Assembly (NCBI GenBank): GCA_047602405.1
Contig: JASGHJ010000002.1
Coordinates: 3,104,001-3,168,000 of the forward strand
Direction of reading: 5' to 3'
Source: Anaeromyxobacteraceae bacterium
GTDB taxonomy: Bacteria; Myxococcota; Myxococcia; Myxococcales; Anaeromyxobacteraceae
Length of the DNA stretch: 64,000 nucleotides
Part shown: in pieces, positions 1 through 9,739 of the stretch
Numbering within the stretch: position 1 is the stretch's first letter
Layout: the number at the start of each line of letters is the position of its first letter
Translations under genes and position numbers: made by a program
Notes under the pieces: model-generated
Database searches by the model: none
The model's input: only the letters and a program-made list of their open reading frames with translations
What the model was told of the DNA's origin: nothing

Positions 1-195
1 GCCGGGTCGGGCGAGGCGCACGTGCGGCTCGAGGAGCTCGCGCCGGAGTACGCGAAGGACCGGATCTGGCTCGCCTCGCACGCCGCCTCGTTCGAGGCGT
101 TCTTCGACGTCGCGGCGACCGTGGGCTCGGTGGTGCTGCAGGAGGTCGAGGCCTCGCACGGCCGCGCCCTGTACGTGATCCGCTGGAGGGTGTAG
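1..195 (+). CDS. 3' end of a hypothetical protein (partial)
   Basis: Open frame 1 with host-like GC3 codon usage, ending ...LYVIRWRV-TAG at 193-195. Confidence 0.6.
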   Translation, partial: AGSGEAHVRLEELAPEYAKDRIWLASHAASFEAFFDVAATVGSVVLQEVEASHGRALYVIRWRV

Positions 196-245
196 GCCCC
201 CGCCGGCCCGTTGCGCCCACCTCCGCGCCCCTGCTAACGCTCGGA

Positions 246-1067
246 GTGCACGTGACCCCGGTCCTCGCCCTCGCCTGGCTGCTCGCGATCGCGCCCGCCG
301 CCGATCCCGAGGCGGCCTACCTCGAGTCCCGCGCGCTCCTCGCCGCGGGCGGCGAGGCCGGCGTGGACCGCGCGATCGACCGCGCCCAGGAGGCCGTGGC
401 CACGTCCCCGGACGTCGCGCGCTACCAGCACCAGCTCGGCACCGCCTGCGCGCGGAAGGCCATGACCGGCACGTTCGCGGCGGTGCGCTACGCGGGGCGC
501 ATCGAGCGCGCCTTCGAGCGCGCGGTCGCGCTCGAGCCCCGCTGGATCGAGGCGCGCCAGTCGCTGCTCGGGTTCCGCCTCATCGCGCCGCGCCTCCTCG
601 GCGGCTCGATCGACGCGGCCGAGGCCCAGGCCCGCGCGATCACCCAGCTCGATCCGCTGCTCGGCGCGATGGCCTTCATGGCCGTGCACCACGCGCGCGG
701 CGCGTGGGCCTCGCTCGAGCGCGACGCGCTCGCGGCGGCGCCGATGGCCGTCGCGCCCGCCCACCGCCGGCAGCTCCTCGCGCTGCTCTCCGCCGCCGGG
801 TACCCGGTCGTCGACGACGGCGCGTTCGGGCCGCTCTGGCTCGTGGCCCTGCCCGCGCGGCGGGGCACCGAGACGAGCGTGGCGGACGCGTTCAAGGCGT
901 CGGAGGCGGCGTACCGGACCGCGCTCGCGCTGTCGGGGCCGGCGGCCTCGAGCCCTGCCCCCACCACGGTGGCCGCCACCGAGCCTCCCGCGGCCGCGAA
1001 GCCGCCCCAGAAGGCGAAGGTGCGCGGGAAGCGGAGGGCGCAGGCGAGGCCGGCGGGCGAGGGGTGA
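246..1067 (+). CDS. Secreted TPR-like helical hypothetical protein
   Basis: Signal-peptide-like N-terminus; TPR-like segments (AFERAVALEP); basic low-complexity tail. Confidence 0.6.
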   Translation: MHVTPVLALAWLLAIAPAADPEAAYLESRALLAAGGEAGVDRAIDRAQEAVATSPDVARYQHQLGTACARKAMTGTFAAVRYAGRIERAFERAVALEPRWIEARQSLLGFRLIAPRLLGGSIDAAEAQARAITQLDPLLGAMAFMAVHHARGAWASLERDALAAAPMAVAPAHRRQLLALLSAAGYPVVDDGAFGPLWLVALPARRGTETSVADAFKASEAAYRTALALSGPAASSPAPTTVAATEPPAAAKPPQKAKVRGKRRAQARPAGEG

Positions 1068-1071
1068 GGAC

Positions 1072-2673
1072 CTACCCCCTGGGCGCCCAGAGCCGGTAGT
1101 CGATCTCCGGGAACAGGTTGTCCCGGGACTCGACCTGGGCGAGCCAGGCGGGGTCGACCTGGCGCTGGCGAAGCTGGTCGTGCAGGCGCGTGAAGCGGAG
1201 CACGTGCTCCTTCGTGCGGCGGATGGCGTAGTCGACCATCGTGCCGGTCTTCATGATGAAGGCCCAGTCGGAGGACTGCGCGAGCAACAGCTCGCGGCCG
1301 GCCTGGTCGAGCGCGCGGCGCTCGAGGTCGGTCGGCTCCCGGAAGTCCTTCGCGAGCGCGATCATGCGCTCGGCGGCCTTCGTGAGGTGCCGGTAGATCC
1401 AGTCGTTCGAGCCGTCGAGCCAGACGCCGCCGTAGCCGCCCGCGCCCCAGCTGCAGAGCGGCGGGGTGGCGAGCTGCTGCTCGGGGTTCTCGCGCAGGTA
1501 CTCGCCCGGCGTGGCGAGCCGGAAGATGCGCTGGTCGAAGGCGACCTTTCGCACGAGGTGGTCGATGAAGGTCGGCCCCTCGTACCACCAGTGGCCGTAG
1601 AGCTCGGCGTCGTACGGCGAGATCACGATCGGCCGCACGCCGTTCATCCGCGAGGCGAGGTGCTCGATCTGCCGCTCGCGGTTGAACATGAAGTTGCCCG
1701 CGTGGGCGGCGGCGCGCTCCCGCGCGCGGACCGGATCGTACGGCTGCTTGTGCGCGGTCTTGCCGGTGATCCGGTAGTACTTGATGCCGACGTTCTTCCG
1801 CTGGCCGGTCGGCTGGATGTACGGCTTCACGTAGTCGTAGTCGAGGTCCCAGCCGACGTCCCGGTAGAACTCGCGGTAGTCGGGATCGCCGGGGTAGCCC
1901 GACTCGGCGCTCCACACCTGCAGCGACGACTCCGGATCGCGGCCGAACGCGGCCGGCCCGGTCGGCGTGTAGATCGGCGCGTACACCCCGAAGCGCGGGC
2001 GCGGCGTCGCGTCGGTGATGCCGTGCGTGTCGACGAAGAAGAAGCGGATGTTCTCCTCGGCGAGGAACGCGTCGAGCCCGGGGAAGTAGCCGCACTCGGG
2101 CAGCCAGATGCCCGCCGGATCCTTCCCGAAGTGGCGCCGGTGGTGGCGCGCCGCGACCGCGATCTGCGCGCGGACCGCCTCGGGGTACTGCTGCATGAGC
2201 GGCAGGAACCCGTGCGTCGCGCCGCAGGTGACGATCTCGAGGCGCCCCGCCTCCTCGAGGCGCCGGAACGCGGCCACGAGGTCGCGCCGGTAGCGGTCGT
2301 CGAAGAGCGCGCGGAGCTCCCGGAACTCCGCCTGGTGGTGCAGCGCGAGCCCGTGGAACGTCGGGTCGCTGCGGGTGCGGTGGACCTCCTTGTCGGCGAG
2401 CTCGCACAGCCGCTCGAGGCGGCGCGCGTAGCGCGTCATGAGGAGCTCGTCGCGCAGCATGGCGACGAGCGGCGGCGACATGGTGAGCGAGACCCGGAAC
2501 GGGATCCCCTCGTCGGTCAGCCGGTCGAACACCCGGAGGAGCGGGAGGTACGTCTCCGAGATGGCCTCGTAGAGCCAGTCCTCCTCGAGGAAGTCCTCGT
2601 ACTCCGGGTGACGTACGAAGGGGAGGTGGGCGTGGAGGTGGAGGGAGACGTAGCCGAGCACGTCGGGGCCCAT
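1072..2673 (-). CDS. GH57 family 1,4-alpha-glucan branching enzyme (DUF1957 C-terminus)
   Basis: Motifs HAHLPFV, ETYLPLL, GIWLPECGY, PYDAELYGHWWYEG, QSSDWAF. Confidence 0.92.
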   Translation of the reverse strand: MGPDVLGYVSLHLHAHLPFVRHPEYEDFLEEDWLYEAISETYLPLLRVFDRLTDEGIPFRVSLTMSPPLVAMLRDELLMTRYARRLERLCELADKEVHRTRSDPTFHGLALHHQAEFRELRALFDDRYRRDLVAAFRRLEEAGRLEIVTCGATHGFLPLMQQYPEAVRAQIAVAARHHRRHFGKDPAGIWLPECGYFPGLDAFLAEENIRFFFVDTHGITDATPRPRFGVYAPIYTPTGPAAFGRDPESSLQVWSAESGYPGDPDYREFYRDVGWDLDYDYVKPYIQPTGQRKNVGIKYYRITGKTAHKQPYDPVRARERAAAHAGNFMFNRERQIEHLASRMNGVRPIVISPYDAELYGHWWYEGPTFIDHLVRKVAFDQRIFRLATPGEYLRENPEQQLATPPLCSWGAGGYGGVWLDGSNDWIYRHLTKAAERMIALAKDFREPTDLERRALDQAGRELLLAQSSDWAFIMKTGTMVDYAIRRTKEHVLRFTRLHDQLRQRQVDPAWLAQVESRDNLFPEIDYRLWAPRG

Positions 2674-3738
2674 CTACGGGCCCCTCCCTGCCCCCGACCC
2701 GGCCATGCCGGAACCCGAGCCCGAGCCCATGCCCGGGCCGCGGGTGCTCATCGCCGCGCCGATCCCGCCCTGGCTGCCGCCGCCGACGCCGAAGCGCGAC
2801 CAGTCGGAGAGCCGGGCGAGGAGGGAGCGCGCCTCGTCGGAGAAGGGGCCACCCGCGTGGCCGGGCCCGAGCAGCCGCCCGAGCGGCATGTCCCAGGGGA
2901 TGCGGATGAAGCGGTCGTCGATCACCGGCGACGGGCCGAGCGGCGGGAGCATCATGTCGTTCGTGGGGTTGCCCACGAGACGATCGCCCCCGCGGCCGAC
3001 CGCGTGGATCTCGGCGCGGTACACGCGCCCCGGCTCGAGGTCGTGCACGTAGTAGCCGCGCGACTCGAGCGCGAAGTCGACGCGGCGGACCTCCTCCCAG
3101 CCGGAGCCGGCGCGGGCGAGCACGCGCAGCTCGGCGCGCGCGCCGTCCAGGCCGTCGAACGCGCGCGCGGACGTCTCGCTCGAGAAGTCCCAGAAGAGGA
3201 AGAGCGTCCGCGGATTGCGCGGGAGCGCCATGAAGGTGTCGTCGCCGTAGCCCCAGGGCAGCTCGCCGAGCCCCTCCTCCACCGGCTGCGCCTCCGGGTC
3301 CGACGGGGCGTCGCCCACCGTCTCGGTGAGCGGGTGCGGGGCCTCGCGGGCGGCGTCCTCGCCGCGCACGCGCGCGACGAAGTAGCCCTCGGCGCCCGGC
3401 GTTCCGTCGGCGACCGCCTGCTTCGCCGCCGCCGGCTTCGGGGCGGCCTTGCGCGGCGCGCGCGGCTTCTTCTCGGCCGGCGCCTTCTTCCCGGCGGGCG
3501 CGGTCGTCGCGGCGGGCGCCCGCTTCGCGACGGGCGCCTTCGGCGCCGCGGCAGGCTTCTTCCCGGCGGCGGGGCGGGGGGCGGCGGCCTTGCGGGCGGC
3601 GGGCTTCTTCTCCGCGGCCGGCTTCGCAGGCTGCTTCGGCTCCGCCCTGGGCTTCGGCTCCGCCTTCGGCTTCGGGGCCGCGTTCGCGGCCGACCGGGAC
3701 GCCGCGGGCGCGGCCTTCTTCTTCTTCGTGTCGGCCAT
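2674..3738 (-). CDS. DUF4912 domain protein with Ala/Lys/Pro-rich N-terminus
   Basis: ELPWGYGDDTFMALPRNPRTLFLFWD motif; directly abuts the GH57 gene; start could be 3747. Confidence 0.75.
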   Translation of the reverse strand: MADTKKKKAAPAASRSAANAAPKPKAEPKPRAEPKQPAKPAAEKKPAARKAAAPRPAAGKKPAAAPKAPVAKRAPAATTAPAGKKAPAEKKPRAPRKAAPKPAAAKQAVADGTPGAEGYFVARVRGEDAAREAPHPLTETVGDAPSDPEAQPVEEGLGELPWGYGDDTFMALPRNPRTLFLFWDFSSETSARAFDGLDGARAELRVLARAGSGWEEVRRVDFALESRGYYVHDLEPGRVYRAEIHAVGRGGDRLVGNPTNDMMLPPLGPSPVIDDRFIRIPWDMPLGRLLGPGHAGGPFSDEARSLLARLSDWSRFGVGGGSQGGIGAAMSTRGPGMGSGSGSGMAGSGAGRGP

Positions 3739-3782
3739 GGCTCTCACCGGGTAGGAATCAGCCTTGTACCTGGATCGTCAAG

Positions 3783-6023
3783 GTGTTTCGAGGGTCCGCG
3801 GCACGTCGTCCGGGCACCGCCGGAAGCCTGCGGCCGGTCCGGTCGTCTGGTAGGCTGACCCCAGGACGGCAGGCCCCCTTGGACGACCCCGGATCCTCCG
3901 AGAAGAATCCCGCGAAGTGCGAAAACTGCGGGGAAGCGCACCGCCCCGAGGACCCGTGCCCACGGTCCGCGTCGGGGACGCTGCTCTTCGAGGTGCCGCA
4001 GGAGGTCCTCGCGGCGCGCCGGACGGCCGCGACCCGGCCGCCTCCCCCGCGCGAGGCGTCCCTGCCATCGCCCGCCCCGTCCACCGAGGCCGTCCAGCCC
4101 GACACCGTTCCCCCCGGCGCCACGCCGGCGCGCGCCGGCGAGGCCGCGGCGGGGCCCGACCCGCTCGTCGGCCAGAAGGTCGGCAGCTTCATGGTGCAGC
4201 ACCTGCTCGGCAAGGGCGGGATGGGCACGGTGTACCTCGCCGAGCACCCGGTCATCGGCTCGAAGGTCGCGATCAAGTTCCTGCACGAGTCGCTCGGCTC
4301 CGAGCCGCAGACGGTGGCGCGCTTCTACGACGAGGCGAAGGCCGTCAACCTCATCGGCCACGAGAACATCGTCGGCATCTACGACCTCAACCTGCTGCCG
4401 CCGAACCGCTACTACTACGTGATGGAGTACCTCGAGGGCTCGACGCTCGCCGCCCTCGAGAAGCAGGGTCGCCTCCCGGTGAAGGTGCAGCTCGACGTCC
4501 TCAACCAGCTCTGCGACGCGCTCCAGCGCGCTCACGAGCGCGGCGTCGTCCACCGCGATCTCAAGCCCGAGAACGTGTTCCTCGTGCAGCGCCGCGGCAA
4601 GGCCCACTTCGTGAAGCTCGTGGACTTCGGCATCGCGAAGCTGCGCGGCGCGGCCGGCGCGAACCGCGTCACCGGGCGCACCGAGGCGGGCGTCATCATC
4701 GGGACGCCCGAGTACATGGCCCCCGAGCAGTGCGAGGACGGGACCATCGACGCCCGCACCGACGTGTACGCGCTCGGCGTGATGGCGTTCGAGATGGCGA
4801 CCGGCCGCCTCCCGTTCGGCGGCCGCAGCGTCACCCAGCTCCTCCTCGCGCACCTCCAGAAGGCGCCGCCGCGGCCCTCCGAGCTCGCCCCGGTCGAGGC
4901 CTCGCTCGAGCGCGCCATCCTCCGCGCGCTCGAGAAGGATCCCGCCGACCGCTTCCAGGACATGGCGAGCTTCGCGGAGGCGCTGCGCGACGTGCCCCGC
5001 GAGCCGCGCCGCGCGGCGCCCGCGCCGGTCGTCGCGCCGGTCGCGGCGCCCGCCGTCGCGCCGGCCACGTCCGGGAAGCCGCCCGCCGCCGCGCCCGCGC
5101 TCACCCCCGCCCCGGGGCAGGCGCCCGCGATCACGCCGCTGCCCACCCCGCCCATCGTCACGGCGGAGGTCCGGTCCGGCGACGCGGCGCCCGTGTCGCT
5201 GCCCATCACCGAGATCACCCGCGCCGGGCTGTTCCTCGGGGCCGAGAAGGGCCTGCCCCCGCTGATGTCGCGGGTGCTCCTCTCGCTCTCGCACCCCTCG
5301 CTGCGCGGGAGGGTGGAGCTCGCGGGGCAGGTCGTGCGCCACGTCACGCCCGCCGAGGCGCACGCCTGGAAGATGCTCCCCGGCTACGCGGTCCAGTTCA
5401 TGGACCCCGCCCCCGAGGCGCGCGCGGTGATCACGCTCCTCGCCGACGAGCAGCGGCGCGATGTCGGCCGCGAGGCCGCGCCGGTGCGGCCGGCCCGGAG
5501 CCCCGAGGAGCGCCTGCGCGTCCTCGAGGCGCGCGCCGGCCAGACGCCGTACGAGCTCCTCGGCCTGAAGCCCGACGCCGAGTTCTCGGAGGTGCGCCGC
5601 GCGCTGAAGGCGCTGCGCGACGACCTCGAGGACGTCCGCACGCGGCCCGGCGCGCCGGAGCACCCGTCCCGCGCCGCCGCGCTCCTCGCCCGGGTCGACG
5701 CGGCGCAGGCGGCGCTCGGCGCGCCGCCGGCGCGGCTCGCCCACGACGCGCAGCGCGGCAACTTCCGCGGCGTCGCGCGCTGCGTCTCCGCGGGCGTCCC
5801 CGCCGCGCTCATCGAGGCCCGCCGCCGGTCGCTCCTCGCCGAGAAGCCCGAGCGCGCGGCCGAGGCCCAGCGGCAGCTCGCCCGCGCCCAGGTCGCCCGG
5901 CGCCTCGGGAACCCCGGGGCGGCCCTGGCCGCCTACGAGGCCGCGCTCGCGGCGGATCCCCTCGATCTCGCGACGCTCGAGGCCTGGCAGGCGTACCGGC
6001 GGGAGCACCGCGCCGATGAATGA
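3783..6023 (+). CDS. Ser/Thr protein kinase with N-terminal Zn-ribbon-like motif and C-terminal PilZ-like, J-like and TPR-like regions
   Basis: GKGGMG, VAIK, HRDLKPEN, DFG and APE motifs; CENCG..H...C; PYELLGL; start uncertain. Confidence 0.85.
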   Translation: MFRGSAARRPGTAGSLRPVRSSGRLTPGRQAPLDDPGSSEKNPAKCENCGEAHRPEDPCPRSASGTLLFEVPQEVLAARRTAATRPPPPREASLPSPAPSTEAVQPDTVPPGATPARAGEAAAGPDPLVGQKVGSFMVQHLLGKGGMGTVYLAEHPVIGSKVAIKFLHESLGSEPQTVARFYDEAKAVNLIGHENIVGIYDLNLLPPNRYYYVMEYLEGSTLAALEKQGRLPVKVQLDVLNQLCDALQRAHERGVVHRDLKPENVFLVQRRGKAHFVKLVDFGIAKLRGAAGANRVTGRTEAGVIIGTPEYMAPEQCEDGTIDARTDVYALGVMAFEMATGRLPFGGRSVTQLLLAHLQKAPPRPSELAPVEASLERAILRALEKDPADRFQDMASFAEALRDVPREPRRAAPAPVVAPVAAPAVAPATSGKPPAAAPALTPAPGQAPAITPLPTPPIVTAEVRSGDAAPVSLPITEITRAGLFLGAEKGLPPLMSRVLLSLSHPSLRGRVELAGQVVRHVTPAEAHAWKMLPGYAVQFMDPAPEARAVITLLADEQRRDVGREAAPVRPARSPEERLRVLEARAGQTPYELLGLKPDAEFSEVRRALKALRDDLEDVRTRPGAPEHPSRAAALLARVDAAQAALGAPPARLAHDAQRGNFRGVARCVSAGVPAALIEARRRSLLAEKPERAAEAQRQLARAQVARRLGNPGAALAAYEAALAADPLDLATLEAWQAYRREHRADE

Positions 6024-6096
6024 GCGGCGACCCGGGGCCGTCTCCCCGTGGGCGGTGGCCTCGCACCACGCACTCCTGCCGTAGAATGCCCGAGCC

Positions 6097-7521
6097 ATGA
6101 CCGCGCTCCTCGTCCTCGCGCTCGCCCTCGCCGCCGATCCCGCCGCCGCCGCGGCCACGGCGGCGCCGCCCGCCGCCGAGCAGGCGCCCGCGCCCGAGCC
6201 GGCGCCCTCCGAGCCGCCCACCACCTTCGCGGACCGCGGCGCCCGCCGCTACCAGGTCGAGAAGATCGAGCTGCGCGGGCTCGAGCACACCCACGCGAGC
6301 GAGGTCCGCCGCCACGTCCTCGTCGCCGAGGGCGACCTGCTCGATCCCGAGCGCGTGTCGCTCTCGCGGCTGCGCCTCCTGCAGCTCGGCTGGTTCTCGC
6401 GCGTGGAGAGCCGCGTCGAGAAGGGCAGCGCGCGCGGCCTCGTGGTGGTCGTGTTCCAGGTGCAGGAGCGGAACACGCTCGTCATCACCGACCTCGTCTT
6501 CGGCTCGACCCCCGCGCAGTCCTTCTACGGCGGCCTGGGCCTCTCGCAGCAGAACTTCCTCGGCCGCGGCCTCGGCCTGTCGGGCGCGTTCGCCTACGGC
6601 GGCTCGCCGCAGGGGCGGCCGCAGGACCCGGCCCGCTTCGCGCTCCGCTCCGGCTTCTTCGCGCCGGACGTGTCGCTCTTCGGGCGGCGCGCGGTGCTCG
6701 GCGCGAACGCGTGGTTCCTGCGGGGCGAGGAGTTCGCCTGCCCCGACGCGGGCTGCGCCGGCTACCCGGAGCTCGCGGACGCCCCGCGCCTGCGCTACCA
6801 GCGGCTCGGCGGCGAGCTCTCCGGCGGCCTGCGCGCCGGCGCGTTCGAGCGGCTGCTCGCGGGCTACCGGTACGAGCGGGTCCGCGGGAAGGCGGTGCTC
6901 CCCTCCCCGCTCGCGTCGGTGACGACGCGCCCGGCCCAGCTCCTCCCGGGCTGGTCGGACGTCTCGGCCCTCTCGCTCACCTACGAGCTCGACACCCGCG
7001 ACGACTTCTTCTTCCCGACCGAGGGGCACCGGGTGCTCGCGCAGATCACCTTCGCGTCCCGCCTCCTCGGGAGCGACTACGAGTACTCGAAGTACCTCCT
7101 GCAGGCCGAGTCCTCCTTCGGCCTCCTCGGCATCCCCCTCCGCTTCCAGTCGGCGCTCGGCGCGGTGCAGGGCGGCGCGCCGTTCTTCGACCGGTTCTAC
7201 GCCGCGGACTGGTCGTACTTCGCGGTGGGCCCGGCGCTCGGCCGCGCGATGGACCTCAACTTCTCGACCGACCCGCGCTACGACGCCTTCCTCGCCATGG
7301 GCGGCCTCGAGTACGCGGTGCCGCTCTTCAGCGGCTCCGGCTTCTTCCGGCGGGGCTACCTCGCCCTCGGCGCGCGCGGCGTCTTCACGACCGAGACGCT
7401 CGGCGGCGCGCGCACCCGCAGCTCCCGCTCGCCGGTCTCGTGCGACGTCGCCCTGCGGCTCGACACGCCGGTCGGCGACTTCAACGCCTCCCTCGGCTAC
7501 GCGCTCGACAACGTCCTGTGA
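6097..7521 (+). CDS. BamA/TamA (Omp85) family outer-membrane protein with one POTRA domain
   Basis: Signal peptide; POTRA-like IELRGLEHT...LGWFSRV; NFLGRG; YELDTRDDFFFPTEG. Confidence 0.8.
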   Translation: MTALLVLALALAADPAAAAATAAPPAAEQAPAPEPAPSEPPTTFADRGARRYQVEKIELRGLEHTHASEVRRHVLVAEGDLLDPERVSLSRLRLLQLGWFSRVESRVEKGSARGLVVVVFQVQERNTLVITDLVFGSTPAQSFYGGLGLSQQNFLGRGLGLSGAFAYGGSPQGRPQDPARFALRSGFFAPDVSLFGRRAVLGANAWFLRGEEFACPDAGCAGYPELADAPRLRYQRLGGELSGGLRAGAFERLLAGYRYERVRGKAVLPSPLASVTTRPAQLLPGWSDVSALSLTYELDTRDDFFFPTEGHRVLAQITFASRLLGSDYEYSKYLLQAESSFGLLGIPLRFQSALGAVQGGAPFFDRFYAADWSYFAVGPALGRAMDLNFSTDPRYDAFLAMGGLEYAVPLFSGSGFFRRGYLALGARGVFTTETLGGARTRSSRSPVSCDVALRLDTPVGDFNASLGYALDNVL

Positions 7522-8186
7522 CCGCCCCGGCCTCCCTCCGCGGGCCCGCCCGCGCCCTGGCGCTCGCCGCCGCCCTCGCGCTCGGCCTCGGCGCCGGCCG
7601 CGCGCGGGCCGCCGCGCCGCTCCAGGTGGACCTCGCGGTCCGGGGCGACCGGCTGCAGGCGACGCTCGACCTCGCGCCCGCGTTCCCGCCGGAGGTGCTG
7701 CGCGAGCTCGGCAACGGCCTCTCGAACGTGGTCGCCGTCTACGTGGTGGTGGTGCCCGAGGGCGGCGGCGCCCCGGTCGCGGGCTACCTGCGCACCGTGG
7801 ACGTGCTCTGGGACGTCTGGGAGGAGAGCTTCGCGGTCACGGTGCGGGACCCGCGCAACCCGCGCGGCCTGCAGCTCGTGGTCCCCACCCCGGCCGGCCT
7901 GCGCGCCCTGCTCGCCTCCGCCCGCGACCTCGACCTCGGACCGGCGGCGTCGCTGCCCCCCGGCAAGCTCGTCCTCGAGGCCCGCGTCGAGCTCAACCCG
8001 GTCTCGAAGGAGCAGCTGCAGCGCACCCGCGAGTTCATCGCCTCGGCCGGCCCGCGCGCCGCGGGCGGCGGCTCCCGGTCGGTGCTCGGCGCCATGGCGA
8101 GCTTCCTCCTGCGCGAGCCGGCGGCCGACGCGGACGTCTGGAGGCTGCGCTCGAAGGCCTTCACCGCCGCCGAGGTGGCGAGGTGA
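7518..8186 (+). CDS. DUF4390-like periplasmic protein
   Basis: GTGA overlap with the upstream stop; signal peptide; LWDVWEESF; directly upstream of the NtrY-like kinase. Confidence 0.65.
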   Translation: MTAPASLRGPARALALAAALALGLGAGRARAAAPLQVDLAVRGDRLQATLDLAPAFPPEVLRELGNGLSNVVAVYVVVVPEGGGAPVAGYLRTVDVLWDVWEESFAVTVRDPRNPRGLQLVVPTPAGLRALLASARDLDLGPAASLPPGKLVLEARVELNPVSKEQLQRTREFIASAGPRAAGGGSRSVLGAMASFLLREPAADADVWRLRSKAFTAAEVAR

Positions 8187-9739
8187 CCGCAGCCGGGACC
8201 TCCCCGGGCCGGCTCCGCCGCGCGCTCCGCGCCCTCCGCCCCTCCCGCTTCGAGGCGCCCATCGCCGGGGCGCTCGTGGTCGCGGCGGTGCTGCCGCTCC
8301 TCGGCGGCCTGTGGCTCGCCACCGACCTCGCGAAGCGCAACGTCGCCATCTCGCTCGAGCCGCGGGTGGTGGACCGCCTCGAGGGCATCCCGCTCCTCTA
8401 CGGCGACCTCTTCCAGGCGCGAAAGCAGCTCTACCAGGAGCAGACCCGCACGCTCTCGCGCTTCCTCCCCGAGGCGCCCGGCCGCGCGAAGGCGTACCTG
8501 GCCGAGGCCATCGAGCGCACCCCGCGCCTCCGGCGCGCGGCGTGGTACCGCGCGGACGGCACGCCGGTCGCCGAGGCCGAGGCCACCGCGCCCTTCGAGG
8601 GCGGGGAGTTCCGCCCCTGGACGGCCCGCGCGCGCCGGGCCGACGGCGGGCTCCTCGAGTGCACCTTCGCGGTCGAGGCGCGCTTCTTCGCCGAGGTGGA
8701 GGAGGCCCGCATGCTCGCCGAGCAGGTGCGCGGGCTCGAGCGCTTCTCGACCGAGGTGCCGCGCAGCTACCAGCTCGCGTTCTTCGTGCTCCTGCTCGGC
8801 ATCTCGGCCGTCGCGGCGGTGGTCGGCATCTGGCTCGCCCGCCGCACCACGAAGCGGGTCACCCGGCTCGTCGGCGCCGTGCAGCGGCTCGCCGCGGGCG
8901 ACCTCAACGTGCGGGTGGACCCCGACGGCGCGCGCGACGAGGTGCACGGCCTCGCGGTGGCGTTCAACGAGATGGTGCGCGAGGTGCGCGAGAGCCGGGA
9001 CCGGATCGTCTACCTCGAGAAGATCTCCGGCTGGCAGGAGGTCGCCCGCCGGCTCGCCCACGAGATCAAGAACCCGCTCACGCCCATCCAGCTCGCCTTC
9101 CAGCAGCTCGAGGCGCGCTGGAAGCAGTCGCCGGAGGCCTTCCGCAAGGGCGACGAGAAGTTCGGGAGGCTCGTCGAGGACGCCGGGCAGATCGTGCGCG
9201 AGGAGATCGCGACGCTCCAGCGCCTGGTGGCCGAGTTCTCGAGCTTCGCGAAGCTGCCGGAGGTGAAGCCGGACCCGGCCGACCTCGGCGACTTCGTCGA
9301 CGAGTTCCTGAAGACGAGCCCGCAGCTCGCCGAGCAGGCCCGGCTCGAGGCCGTCCACGCCGCGGGCCCCTGCCCGGTGCGGCTCGACCGCGCGCTCTTC
9401 CGGCGGGTGCTCGCGAACCTCTGCCAGAACGCGATCGAGGCCTCGCCGCCCGGGGAGGCCTGCATCCACCTCGGGGTCGCCCGCACCCGCGACCGCGGCG
9501 TCCTCACGGTGGCCGACGAGGGCCCGGGCATCGAGCGGGCGCTGCGCGAGCGCATCTTCGACCCCTACTTCACGACGAAGGGCACCGGCACGGGCCTCGG
9601 GCTCGCGATCGTGAAGAAGATCGTCCTGCAGCACGGCGGCGAGATCCAGTGCGGGGAGCGCCCGGGCGGCGGCGCGTCGTTCACCGTCGCGCTCCCGCTC
9701 GTGGCAGACTCGCCGCCGGCCAGTGACCAGGGAGGGTGA
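8183..9739 (+). CDS. NtrY-like HAMP sensor histidine kinase
   Basis: Two TM segments; HAMP; WQEVARRLAHEIKNPLTPIQL; DEGPG; FDPYFTTK; GTGLGL. Confidence 0.9.
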   Translation: MTAAGTSPGRLRRALRALRPSRFEAPIAGALVVAAVLPLLGGLWLATDLAKRNVAISLEPRVVDRLEGIPLLYGDLFQARKQLYQEQTRTLSRFLPEAPGRAKAYLAEAIERTPRLRRAAWYRADGTPVAEAEATAPFEGGEFRPWTARARRADGGLLECTFAVEARFFAEVEEARMLAEQVRGLERFSTEVPRSYQLAFFVLLLGISAVAAVVGIWLARRTTKRVTRLVGAVQRLAAGDLNVRVDPDGARDEVHGLAVAFNEMVREVRESRDRIVYLEKISGWQEVARRLAHEIKNPLTPIQLAFQQLEARWKQSPEAFRKGDEKFGRLVEDAGQIVREEIATLQRLVAEFSSFAKLPEVKPDPADLGDFVDEFLKTSPQLAEQARLEAVHAAGPCPVRLDRALFRRVLANLCQNAIEASPPGEACIHLGVARTRDRGVLTVADEGPGIERALRERIFDPYFTTKGTGTGLGLAIVKKIVLQHGGEIQCGERPGGGASFTVALPLVADSPPASDQGG

